From: Escherichia phage 4E10 | Sequence record: OQ689735.1 | DNA length: 64,000 bases | Reading direction: 5' to 3' (one strand) | Part shown: positions 55,291-64,000 of the stretch, in pieces | Position numbering within the stretch: position 1 is the first letter of the stretch | How the letters are laid out: each line of letters starts with the position of its first letter | Translations under genes and position numbers: made by a program | Notes under the pieces: generated by a model | Seen by the model: only the letters and a program-made list of their open reading frames with translations | What the model was told of the DNA's origin: nothing | Database searches by the model: none

Positions 55291-55677
55291 TTATTCGAGG
55301 GAAAGAAGATACTTACTCTGGTAAAACATTCCAGTAATATCATCTATCGTGCTTTGGATGGCTGGAGGCATTTCTTTATAAATGCTGTTAGATTGGTCTA
55401 GTATGCGATCAATCATTTTAATTGTGTCGGTAGGAAGTTTACTGGCATCTGGAATTGAAGGTGTGTATTTTCTACCAGAATACCCCAAATATTGCTCACC
55501 AAATTTATCAATCAAATCTGGTAACTCGGAGAAAATAAAATCGTATGCTTTGTGTCTAGCATAATTTTTAGTTTCAAAATGTGCAGAATGAAAATAAGCT
55601 TGTGCAGCCATTAATAAACCTAAGTATTCATCTGCCTTTGAAGGTTTTCCACTTTGTGAAAAGTCGCTGAATTTCAT
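55291..55677 (-). CDS. hypothetical protein (T4 rI.-1 position)
   Basis: 128-aa ORF. Confidence 0.5.
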
Positions 55678-55967
55678 TCAGTCTCCAATTTAATGTTCAT
55701 AATTTTAGCGTATGATTGTGCCATCTCCGCGCCTCGTTCTATACATTCAAAATCAGAAGAGCACGGGTCATTTTTATAGGTCGTTCTCATAAAACTATAG
55801 AATTGTTCAGACGATTCTACGCTTTTATTTTCAAAAAGCATATAAACGTGCCTAATACCAGATTCCATAAATTTATCAAAATGAGGATCGACATTCGCTT
55901 CAATCGATGGAGATAAAACAAATGACAATCCTAGCATGGCAAATAGTGCCGTTGCTTTTAAGGCCAT
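55674..55967 (-). CDS. rI: lysis-inhibition regulator rI
   Basis: 97-aa ORF with N-terminal signal-anchor; matches T4 rI in size and position. Confidence 0.7.
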   Translation of the reverse strand: MALKATALFAMLGLSFVLSPSIEANVDPHFDKFMESGIRHVYMLFENKSVESSEQFYSFMRTTYKNDPCSSDFECIERGAEMAQSYAKIMNIKLETE

Positions 55968-55979
55968 AAAGGCCTCCTA

Positions 55980-56192
55980 TCATTTTTGTCCTGTATTTAC
56001 TTTATGCCGATGCACGGCCTTAACTTTATCAAGGTATTTTTCAAAATTTCGCAATCTAGTATAGTCTGCCGGAGATTGGTTGAGTGATACTTCTCGACGC
56101 AAAGCTGAAATGATATTTCCAACTTCCCTACGAATTTCATCTAATTGAAGAACAGTAAGATTGCGAAGTTGCTTTTCAGTTAATTGTAGCAT
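55980..56192 (-). CDS. small hypothetical protein
   Basis: 70-aa ORF. Confidence 0.45.
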
Positions 56193-56234
56193 ATATACCC
56201 CTTTAGTTAGATAAACCTATTTATAACTTTTGCA

Positions 56235-56816
56235 CTAACCGAGCTTTTTAGTTAATTCATTCCAATGTTTTCTGCACAAAGAAACATAAATTTCATCACC
56301 AATACAGATTTGATTACCTTCTTTAACAGGCGTTCCATCTTCCATTAATCGAGCTGTCATAATCGCTTTTTTACCACAATGACAAACTGCCTTTAGTTCA
56401 ATAAGTTTATCTGCAATCGCCAAAAGCTCTTTAGAACCTTCAAATAATTTTCCAGCGAAATCAGTCCTTAGCCCATAAGCCATAACAGGAACATTATATG
56501 TATCAACAATTCGGCTTAATTGATGCACCTGTTCAGTTTTTAAAAACTGAGCTTCATCTACAAATACACAATGAATATCTTTTTGTGCTTCAGCCCATTT
56601 GTAGAACTCAAAAATATCCATATCATCCGTAATAATATTCGCTTCCTGTTTAATTCCAATGCGAGAAACGACTTCACAGACAGAATCGCGAGTATCAATA
56701 GCAGGCTTAAGAACTAATACACCCATTCCGCGTTCTTTATAATTATGCGCAGCAGTCAAAAGAGAAGCAGATTTTCCAGCATTCATTGCCGCATAAGTAA
56801 AAATTAAACTCGCCAT
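56235..56816 (-). CDS. tk: thymidine kinase
   Basis: 193-aa ORF; P-loop AAMNAGKS and C-terminal Zn cysteines; matches T4 Tk. Confidence 0.9.
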   Translation of the reverse strand: MASLIFTYAAMNAGKSASLLTAAHNYKERGMGVLVLKPAIDTRDSVCEVVSRIGIKQEANIITDDMDIFEFYKWAEAQKDIHCVFVDEAQFLKTEQVHQLSRIVDTYNVPVMAYGLRTDFAGKLFEGSKELLAIADKLIELKAVCHCGKKAIMTARLMEDGTPVKEGNQICIGDEIYVSLCRKHWNELTKKLG

Positions 56817-56825
56817 ATCACCTTC

Positions 56826-57011
56826 TTAAAGCGTATTCACATAAGCTATTAATTCGTTTTCTTTCTTATCAAACCGATCAGCAAATTCTTCTTGCTGATC
56901 GGGAGATAGCGGGCCATATTCATCATAAAAGGTGTTTGCTTCTGTATGCTCATCTAGAAGTTCATGGATAAGCTCAAACAATTTATCTTTTTGTTCTTTG
57001 CTTAGGCTCAC
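56826..57011 (-). CDS. small acidic hypothetical protein
   Basis: 61-aa ORF. Confidence 0.45.
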   Translation of the reverse strand: MSLSKEQKDKLFELIHELLDEHTEANTFYDEYGPLSPDQQEEFADRFDKKENELIAYVNTL

Positions 57012-57184
57012 AGTATGTCAATCCCCAAAAGTTTTAAAATGACTCGTTTCTGATTCATAACCGCTACGATTGAATGACCGTTGGGGTCTTTTTGACCTGA
57101 TCCAATTATAAATCCTTTTTGCGCAGAAAGTTCAATCAAAACATCAAGTTCACGTAATAATTGATATTTTAAATCATCATTCAT
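57008..57184 (-). CDS. small hypothetical protein
   Basis: 58-aa ORF below cutoff (MNDDLKYQLLRELDVLIELSAQKG...). Confidence 0.4.
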   Translation of the reverse strand: MNDDLKYQLLRELDVLIELSAQKGFIIGSGQKDPNGHSIVAVMNQKRVILKLLGIDIL

Positions 57185-57408
57185 TTTGGTTTACCTTCTT
57201 TAACGAAATCAGGATAAGGATAAAATCCTGAATAAAATCCTTCACCTTTATGATTGATGCATCCTTTATTAGAACAATAGCACCAATAATCGAAATCACA
57301 AGCCATTTCATCGTTGCATAAAGCAAAAACAACCGGCCACTTACACTTTTCACAGTGGGCATTTTTAAGAATACTAGTTTGGCTCATAACCATGTAACCT
57401 TTAAGCAA
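57181..57408 (-). CDS. Cys-rich small protein (putative zinc binding)
   Basis: 75-aa ORF with 8+ Cys (CEKCKW...CNDEMACDFDYWCYCSNKGCINHKG). Confidence 0.5.
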   Translation of the reverse strand: MLKGYMVMSQTSILKNAHCEKCKWPVVFALCNDEMACDFDYWCYCSNKGCINHKGEGFYSGFYPYPDFVKEGKPK

Positions 57409-57596
57409 TATTCTTCTACATGTTGTTTACGACCTTTCCTATCAATAAAGGTATATTCAACGAATGTTCCAATATAGTCTTTATCTACATCATGTGGACT
57501 ATTAATTGGGCATTTAGTACGGCAAATGCGTTCCCATTGACGAATAATTACTGCTTTGTTTTTAGGATCAAACGGATGCGGGTAATGTACTTTCAT
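57384..57596 (-). CDS. small hypothetical protein
   Basis: 70-aa ORF. Confidence 0.45.
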   Translation of the reverse strand: MKVHYPHPFDPKNKAVIIRQWERICRTKCPINSPHDVDKDYIGTFVEYTFIDRKGRKQHVEEYCLKVTWL

Positions 57597-58047
57597 AATC
57601 CACCACTATTAAATCAATATCAGGAGTAAACATACCGATTAATTTAGAAACCTTATCCCAATCGCCGCCAGCAATACCACAACCTATGCGTGGAATGTAA
57701 ATTACCGGTTTAAACAAAAGGATTTCTGCCTGTAGATTTAATTCTATCATGCAGTTTACTAAAGCACCATAATCAAGATTAGGACCCGGTTCGTATTGCG
57801 TATACAAATTATAGCATATACCAAATCCCGTAGGATTATGTTTAAAAACAATAGACATATCGCCTAATTTATCACGAGAACCGTACTCGGTAGTGGTTTT
57901 ATCTATTTCTAAAATTTTGGGATAGGCTCTTGCTAATTGACCTGCTACGCCAGAGCCCATTGTGTGGAAGCAATTGCACCCGTGCGCAATAATATTACCT
58001 TGAAGAAATAGGGCGACAATATCGCCCTTGATATATTTTACAATCAT
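57568..58047 (-). CDS. macro-domain protein (T4 tk.4 position)
   Basis: 159-aa ORF; macro-like motifs IAHGCNCFHTMGSGVAGQLA and IGCGIAGG. Confidence 0.6.
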   Translation of the reverse strand: MIVKYIKGDIVALFLQGNIIAHGCNCFHTMGSGVAGQLARAYPKILEIDKTTTEYGSRDKLGDMSIVFKHNPTGFGICYNLYTQYEPGPNLDYGALVNCMIELNLQAEILLFKPVIYIPRIGCGIAGGDWDKVSKLIGMFTPDIDLIVVDYESTLPASV

Positions 58048-58385
58048 CTAGTACTCAATCCTCGATTATAAGAATCTACCAAACGGTCAACCATTGAATG
58101 ACAAGCGGCTTTATCTTTCTCCTCCGCAACTGAACATTCTAATGTATTCCACTTTTTAGCATATCGTTTTAATAATGTATCGTTTTTGTATCTGCTTGAT
58201 TTATCTCTTTCTCCGTCTTTATATGCATATATTAATTTCTGTGCAAATTCAGCTTGGCATGCTTTATTTTTCCCACAATAATCTGCCGCAGTGCGGTTTA
58301 CATACTCTCTAATTTCAGTATATGATGTATCTGCTAACGCAGAAAATGAAATTAATCCTATACATAAAACCAAAATTTTAGTCAT
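58044..58385 (-). CDS. secreted hypothetical protein
   Basis: 113-aa ORF with cleavable-looking signal peptide. Confidence 0.45.
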   Translation of the reverse strand: MTKILVLCIGLISFSALADTSYTEIREYVNRTAADYCGKNKACQAEFAQKLIYAYKDGERDKSSRYKNDTLLKRYAKKWNTLECSVAEEKDKAACHSMVDRLVDSYNRGLSTR

Positions 58386-58923
58386 TTACTATTTCCAAAA
58401 GTTTATTATTTTTAAGGTAATTAGCCTTTTCTAGGACTTCAGAAGCATATTTAGAACCTGCTTTAACATTCCATCCCGAATTATAAGAGGATATCGCCTT
58501 TCTTATATCGCCCTTATGTATATTTAACCAATAAGAAAGTTCAATGTACGCCCAGGAAGCTGAATTGGACCGTTTATTCAACATTCTTTTTATTTCAGTA
58601 TCGGTCATATTATAACCAAGTTCCTTAACTCTCGCTCGCATTGTCGGCAAATAATTTTGGAACATTCCATAGGCATGATGCTTTGGTTTAGATTTTAAAT
58701 TAACTCCGGCAGAGCTTTCTTGCCATAAAATAGCAGCCATTATATGACCTAATCCGCTCTTGTGGATATTTTTGTGTGTTTTATATTTTCCATCCTTAGA
58801 AAATTGTTCCCCGAATTGATACGCGTAACGCATGTTATCGAGTTGGACATTACTGAAAGTATGCTCGGAGCTATGTGCCATCATTGAAATGGCCAATAGA
58901 CCAGCGAGTAGTGCTTTTCTCAT
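58378..58923 (-). CDS. putative periplasmic lytic transglycosylase-like protein
   Basis: 181-aa ORF with signal peptide; SLT-like segment GMFQ by weak motif. Confidence 0.45.
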   Translation of the reverse strand: MRKALLAGLLAISMMAHSSEHTFSNVQLDNMRYAYQFGEQFSKDGKYKTHKNIHKSGLGHIMAAILWQESSAGVNLKSKPKHHAYGMFQNYLPTMRARVKELGYNMTDTEIKRMLNKRSNSASWAYIELSYWLNIHKGDIRKAISSYNSGWNVKAGSKYASEVLEKANYLKNNKLLEIVND

Positions 58924-58930
58924 GCTTACC

Positions 58931-59392
58931 TCATTGAGTTTTAATTACTGCTTTAGAAGCCTTTCCTGGTAAACGACGACTGTTGATAATTGCCATTCTA
59001 CATTGAAGTGACGGGTCTTTGAACTTCGCATTAGGTTTACAAACTGTAAATCCAAGCCAAAGATTTCCATCTGTGATTTCTAAACGTCCAGGACGATATT
59101 CAACCCCATCAATAAAATTCTCGTCAATGTCAGGACGCGGAGGCATACTCAGGAATTCATTAACTTCTAAAACATGGTCTTTTATTTTGTGGAATAATTC
59201 AAAAACATATGTCTCATCAATCTCCCGTTGAATTGCACGATCAAGAAGATGCTGAGAATATTTTAGATGAAACGATGAGACCCCTGCTGCTTTTGATGCC
59301 TCACGAATCTCATTGTTAATTTGACGAAACTCCGACTCAAAGTGACGACGAAGCTTATTTCGACGGATAAAAACTTCTGTATTGATAGTCAT
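58931..59392 (-). CDS. regB: RegB endoribonuclease
   Basis: 153-aa ORF; matches T4 RegB. Confidence 0.85.
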   Translation of the reverse strand: MTINTEVFIRRNKLRRHFESEFRQINNEIREASKAAGVSSFHLKYSQHLLDRAIQREIDETYVFELFHKIKDHVLEVNEFLSMPPRPDIDENFIDGVEYRPGRLEITDGNLWLGFTVCKPNAKFKDPSLQCRMAIINSRRLPGKASKAVIKTQ

Positions 59393-59451
59393 GTTATTCT
59401 CCTCTTAACTGATAGAAAAATTATACCACAGTCAAGAGGAAAAGTAAACAG

Positions 59452-59772
59452 TTATTCTTTAAATCTAATCAATTTATTCATAGACTTTGAAACTTCTGCA
59501 CGGACCTCATGTAAGTTTTTAAGCTGTTCAAGACGCTGCTCATAATAAGCAATTTCATCTTCTTCGAGACAGTCCTGTGAATCTTCTTTAAGATAGCGTG
59601 CATAGTCCTGGAAAGCGTTACGGATTACTTCCTGGAAATCATCAAGACTTTGAATTTTCTTAGGAGCAGCAGATACACGACGAGGGGCAGTATAATACTC
59701 ATAACCAAACCCTGCGCTTAATTGAGCCATTAGTATTTTTCCTCTGGTTGGAACACTGCACGACAAGCCCAC
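59452..59772 (-). CDS. hypothetical protein (vs.3 position)
   Basis: 106-aa ORF; start uncertain. Confidence 0.45.
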   Translation of the reverse strand: MGLSCSVPTRGKILMAQLSAGFGYEYYTAPRRVSAAPKKIQSLDDFQEVIRNAFQDYARYLKEDSQDCLEEDEIAYYEQRLEQLKNLHEVRAEVSKSMNKLIRFKE

Positions 59773-60032
59773 ATACTGGCTTCTTTGAGTTTCGTTTTAG
59801 CAATAGTTAACTGATCGAGGCTTTCAGCATAATTCTTTGCGAATTCATAGTCTTCACAATTATCTAGTGCTTCCCAGAATTCGTCATATAAAGCGTCAAA
59901 GATAAGTCCTAAACGAACTTCAGCATCTTTGATAGCATTCACTTTACCGATTTTCTCTTCAGTATGTGGCTTATAACCCTTAATGTCTTCAATCATATTT
60001 GACTTCCTCACCAGTACATAAATCGTATTCAA
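59730..60032 (-). CDS. hypothetical protein (vs.4 position; possible Acb2-like)
   Basis: 100-aa ORF; start may be internal (MIEDIKG); function by position only. Confidence 0.4.
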   Translation of the reverse strand: MNTIYVLVRKSNMIEDIKGYKPHTEEKIGKVNAIKDAEVRLGLIFDALYDEFWEALDNCEDYEFAKNYAESLDQLTIAKTKLKEASMWACRAVFQPEEKY

Positions 60033-60210
60033 CTAAACGAATAGGTTCATGAATGCCATATCCCTGAACAGAAATTTCTGTCGTAGGATAAATTCCACTA
60101 ATATCACCCATATTCCACGCTTCATTAAATTGCTGTTCGCCTGAATTACTAAACCATTCTGCGAAAGCATTTAGCACATCTTTAGAACCTTCAATAATTA
60201 TCTTTGCCAT
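59989..60210 (-). CDS. small hypothetical protein
   Basis: 73-aa ORF. Confidence 0.45.
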   Translation of the reverse strand: MAKIIIEGSKDVLNAFAEWFSNSGEQQFNEAWNMGDISGIYPTTEISVQGYGIHEPIRLVEYDLCTGEEVKYD

Positions 60211-60572
60211 TACAGACTCTCAGTAAAGGTACGAGCAATAACGTCGCGCTGCTGTTCCGGAGTCAGAGAGTTAAAGCGAACTGCATAACCGGATACACGG
60301 ATGGTCAGCTGCGGATATTTTTCCGGATGCTTAACTGCATCTTCCAGAGTTTCACGACGCAGAACGTTAACGTTCAGGTGTTGACCACCTTCAATTTTAA
60401 CTGTAGGTTGTGGCTCAATTTCAATTTCACGGGCATGCAAACCATAGAAAATTTCTGGGTCTACAAAAGAGTCCTCTTTAAAGGTTTTAGAGACAATAAT
60501 TCGTGCTTGAATACCATCTTCAAAATAAATAGTACCTTTATGTGTGCCTTCAAGAATTTGATATGCTTTCAT
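60210..60572 (-). CDS. GrcA/YfiD-like autonomous glycyl-radical cofactor
   Basis: 120-aa ORF; C-terminus [25 protein letters not shown] matches the glycyl-radical motif; visibly GC-richer, host-like codon usage. Confidence 0.7.
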   Translation of the reverse strand: MKAYQILEGTHKGTIYFEDGIQARIIVSKTFKEDSFVDPEIFYGLHAREIEIEPQPTVKIEGGQHLNVNVLRRETLEDAVKHPEKYPQLTIRVSGYAVRFNSLTPEQQRDVIARTFTESL

Positions 60573-60579
60573 ATAAACC

Positions 60580-60960
60580 TCAATTAGAAAATAAATTTAT
60601 CCAAGATTGTTCTTTAATTAAAAATGGCTCAGAATCATATGCCATTAAACTTTGCGTAATTAATCCTTTAAAAGGTCCATCAATAAATTCCATGGTAAAA
60701 TATGGAATTTTATTCATTAGCCGTGCATTAGGAGCAGTGCACAAAACTCTGCATCCTTTGAATACGCCTTTTTGTAATTTGTATTGCTTGGGATAAAATT
60801 CGCTCAAAATGTTATTATTTGCCAAAATTTCAAAATGATTTACCAATTTATTTTTAATAGTTTTTGGCGAAAAATAAAGATATTCGAAAAGCTGTGTATC
60901 TGTCATCATTGCATTCCGATTACGAAAAACTGCGGACGAGTAATACCACCAATGCAACAT
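60580..60960 (-). CDS. hypothetical protein
   Basis: 126-aa ORF. Confidence 0.5.
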   Translation of the reverse strand: MLHWWYYSSAVFRNRNAMMTDTQLFEYLYFSPKTIKNKLVNHFEILANNNILSEFYPKQYKLQKGVFKGCRVLCTAPNARLMNKIPYFTMEFIDGPFKGLITQSLMAYDSEPFLIKEQSWINLFSN

Positions 60961-61445
60961 TTACTATTACAGCAGTAGTGTACAGTGTCAATATGGACAC
61001 TATAAATCTTATCCATATCAGGAGATTTGACAGGCTCATCAATTATATACAAAATTCGCGAAAGCGATAAACCTCTGAACTTGCTTCCTTTATTACCAAT
61101 AAAACTGCGCACAGAATCAGTAAATAAACGAAAACGTATATCATCATTAGAATAACGCGAAAATTCCTTTTTGATGTTATTTGCAGAAATTTTAGCGTAA
61201 GCTGAAGTATTAGAAAGAACAATAACTGTTCCGCCATCATACAGCCAATTAGCAGCAAAGTTAGTCACAGCAATTGATTTGCCGGATTGACGTCCACCAT
61301 CTATGCGAAGTGTGCAGTACTGTTTGAGTAAGTCTTCAAATGGCGGGGTATATTCGTTTTTACAAATTTCTTCTACTCTAGCATCAGAATGGTGTGTAAA
61401 AGCATTCATCAGGGATAGATAAGGACCAGTTAAAAATGTTCTCAT
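60906..61445 (-). CDS. P-loop-containing hypothetical protein
   Basis: Track ORF 60906..61493 trimmed to ATG after GAGAGAA (MRTFLTG...); GGRQSGKS P-loop-like. Confidence 0.45.
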   Translation of the reverse strand: MRTFLTGPYLSLMNAFTHHSDARVEEICKNEYTPPFEDLLKQYCTLRIDGGRQSGKSIAVTNFAANWLYDGGTVIVLSNTSAYAKISANNIKKEFSRYSNDDIRFRLFTDSVRSFIGNKGSKFRGLSLSRILYIIDEPVKSPDMDKIYSVHIDTVHYCCNSKCCIGGITRPQFFVIGMQ

Positions 61446-61586
61446 TTTATTCTCTCTAAATTTGGGCCATTCCGTGGCGCATGAATTGTCCATTTCTGTA
61501 TTTACCCATTACCGCACTCAGGCTCGACCTTATTACAGGTTGGCGGGAATCCCTCACAAAATCATGAGGTCCAGGTTGTTCCCATA

Positions 61587-62060
61587 TTATTTGAATGATT
61601 TGACGTACTGAATAGAACCTTTACTATTCACAAAGGCAATTTTACCATTTTTGTTATACATGGTAGCAGTACGCTGATAGCCATAAGTTTGTTTACCAGA
61701 TTGATAACCAACTAATGCAAAATTATCTTCGCCCATTTTATTCTGCTTAGCGCGGATACGTTCATGACCGTGCGCCATAAGAACCTTAGCGTCGCCAGTT
61801 GCAATGGATCTACGAGTTTTTTCATCTTCAACTGTATTAACAAAGTCGTCAAATGAATCAAATTTAGCATGAGATTTATTATACAGTTTTCCATCTACTG
61901 CATAATTATATCCCTGTACATCCATCTCAACTTCTGTACCATCATCCAATACAGCAGTGATTTTTTGACCTTTTTTAAATTTCAAAAGATCAGTAAAAGA
62001 TTCAGCAATAATTTGAGAATTAATAGCTGCTTCAGTAATAAATTCTTGATATGTTTTCAT
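61587..62060 (-). CDS. head internal protein (IP family)
   Basis: 157-aa ORF; N-terminus MKTYQEFITEA is the IP capsid-targeting sequence. Confidence 0.7.
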   Translation of the reverse strand: MKTYQEFITEAAINSQIIAESFTDLLKFKKGQKITAVLDDGTEVEMDVQGYNYAVDGKLYNKSHAKFDSFDDFVNTVEDEKTRRSIATGDAKVLMAHGHERIRAKQNKMGEDNFALVGYQSGKQTYGYQRTATMYNKNGKIAFVNSKGSIQYVKSFK

Positions 62061-62069
62061 ATGTTTCCT

Positions 62070-62486
62070 TTAAATGTAAATATTTTTACCGTAATACTTG
62101 TACCAATGTGGTTTCATTAAAATTTTTTCATCAAGTCGTTGTTGACTCAATTTAATAGCTGATTTGCATGGATTATAATCATTTTTCCATTCTGCTGGAA
62201 TATCGCTGATGTCAGGAACTTCAGTATCTTTTATACTAAACCCGCGTTTTAAGCATTCCGTTATAATGTCTGATTGACGCTTTCGCAAAAATTCTAACTT
62301 ATCGTAAAAGAAAGTAACATGACCAGAACCTAAAATAAACTCGGAAGATATTTTAAAATCTTTAACCCGCTTACCATTTGCCACATGTTTACGAACTATA
62401 CCAAAAACACGCGGCAATTCACGGTATTCTGCGATTAAATGTTGATCAGCAAGTTCAGATACTAAAGTCAAATTAATACGAGTCAT
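62070..62486 (-). CDS. denV: endonuclease V (pyrimidine-dimer DNA glycosylase)
   Basis: 138-aa ORF; matches T4 DenV ([17 protein letters not shown]...). Confidence 0.9.
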   Translation of the reverse strand: MTRINLTLVSELADQHLIAEYRELPRVFGIVRKHVANGKRVKDFKISSEFILGSGHVTFFYDKLEFLRKRQSDIITECLKRGFSIKDTEVPDISDIPAEWKNDYNPCKSAIKLSQQRLDEKILMKPHWYKYYGKNIYI

Positions 62487-62545
62487 TTTATCCCTCCAAG
62501 TAACTGTGAATATACTATCACAATTCTAGGAGAAAGTAAACAACT

Positions 62546-63076
<531 letters not shown>

Positions 63077-63532
63077 TTAAAAGAGGTTGTTCATTATTCG
63101 GTAAAGTGAAGGACCCATCACATATTGCCACTGAGTACGAGGAATAAGAGCAAAAGCGTCCATCTCTGGAATCATAACGCCATCTTTATTTTCAAAATAA
63201 GACTCGCAGCGGCAATTTCTAAACATCTCATGCTCTACTGGAATCGTATAGTAAAATAGCTGTAAGTCTTTATTACTAGAATATTTAAATACACCTAGAT
63301 CTTCTAGAAGGTCTGGATTATAATTGCTAAAACCGGTCTCTTCTAAACATTCTCTTCGTGCTGCATCTAATGCGCTTAAATCAGAATTTTCTACACGGCC
63401 CTTTGGAATATCCCAGCGATGTGCCATCATTCCAGGCTTACGAGAACCAGTAACTCGTCCCATAAATAGGTCTTTATCTTCTGTCATAAAGATAATACCA
63501 GCTGATAATGTTTTCATTTTAATTTCCTGCAT
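63077..63532 (-). CDS. nudE: Nudix hydrolase
   Basis: 151-aa ORF; Nudix box GRVENSDLSALDAARRECLEETG; start may be the internal ATG near 63517. Confidence 0.8.
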   Translation of the reverse strand: MQEIKMKTLSAGIIFMTEDKDLFMGRVTGSRKPGMMAHRWDIPKGRVENSDLSALDAARRECLEETGFSNYNPDLLEDLGVFKYSSNKDLQLFYYTIPVEHEMFRNCRCESYFENKDGVMIPEMDAFALIPRTQWQYVMGPSLYRIMNNLF

Positions 63533-63912
63533 TCAGTGATAAAGTTATTTAAATTTTGAGTATATTTCTTTTCATCAAAAATCTTTTGCTGCCTACGTAA
63601 CCGCCATGGCATTTCAATGAACATGTACCATATTCCTGATAGTATTGCTGCTGTAAAAATATTAACAAGTATGGTTAAAAGAGCCCAATCTCCTATTCTA
63701 TCCATTGGATTTTTTATAAAAAAGTAAAACACAAACGATGATATAGGAAGACTAATGATATACCACAGAATCATAATCTTATTTGTAAACCAATCAGCAT
63801 TTGTTAACTTAGCGCGACCGTTTTGAATACATACGAACTTATCATCTGTTATAGTAGATGGCTTAGCTGCTTGATATCCCATTCTAAACTCCCTAATCAA
63901 CAAATTTTTCAT
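63514..63912 (-). CDS. membrane protein (e.2 position)
   Basis: 132-aa ORF with two hydrophobic helices. Confidence 0.5.
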   Translation of the reverse strand: MKNLLIREFRMGYQAAKPSTITDDKFVCIQNGRAKLTNADWFTNKIMILWYIISLPISSFVFYFFIKNPMDRIGDWALLTILVNIFTAAILSGIWYMFIEMPWRLRRQQKIFDEKKYTQNLNNFITECRKLK

Positions 63913-64000
63913 ATCTTCTGAACAACCATTCCAGTCAACTCTATCAACTGAAATGCCATCATCCCCATCATCTAAATCATACCAGCGAGTTTTTAAAATC

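Noticed and set aside
57177-57362. 61-aa ORF nested in the 57181..57408 region
   Set aside because: Alternative frame of the same locus. The Cys-rich frame looks more protein-like.
61043-61258. Nested minus-strand ORFs inside vs.8, the IP gene and gene 43 (61043..61258, 61712..61894, 25272..25457, 22748..22951, 7010..7201, 19742..19939)
   Set aside because: Internal out-of-frame ORFs within larger confidently called genes.
61446-61586. Possible tRNA in the GC-rich island
   Set aside because: No acceptor stem or canonical T-arm (GGTTCGAATCC-like) could be built. Kept as an unexplained GC island instead.
63912-64000. Partial minus-strand ORF at the right edge
   Set aside because: Truncated by the window boundary; too little sequence to call.

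Overview
This 64-kb window is a contiguous stretch of a T4-like (Tevenvirinae) coliphage genome, starting at the conventional map origin (rIIA at 12..2189) and running through the early/middle region to the lysozyme (e) / nudE cluster. Essentially every gene is on the minus strand. Recognisable genes in map order: rIIA, 39 (topoisomerase), dexA, dda, srd, modA/modB, soc, 56, 61, sp, dmd, 41, 40, uvsX, 42, imm, 43, regA, 62, 44, 45, rpbA, 46, 47, alpha-gt, 55, nrdG, nrdD, 49, pin, nrdC, rI, tk, regB, denV, e, nudE. Between them lie many small hypothetical ORFs, including several under 60 aa that the ORF track omits. Compared with what I recall of T4 itself: gene 39 is one fused 606-aa ORF (no gene 60 split), no mob-type homing endonuclease ORFs or nrdD intron are visible, the beta-gt position holds a GT-A-type glycosyltransferase, and the internal-protein locus has a single IP gene upstream of denV. 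That pattern looks more T2/T6-like than T4. Regulatory structure is legible: T4-type early promoters (GTTTAC, 17-18 bp, TAtAaT), GC hairpin terminators with CGAA (UUCG on the transcript) tetraloops, and repeated promoter-leader cassettes. I found no CRISPR array, tRNA or integrase. The most interesting candidates are a tandem array of diverged coiled-coil paralogs (45.0-50.0 kb), a P-loop ATPase plus nucleotidyltransferase pair (50.5-52.6 kb), a mini-ORF with a capsid-targeting-like N-terminus beside the primase gene, 46-bp direct repeats bracketing one gene, and plus-strand mini-ORFs and a plus-strand middle-promoter-like site in an otherwise minus-strand region. All homology calls are from reading the translations, not from database searches. 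Coordinates for small features I located by hand may be off by a few bp.
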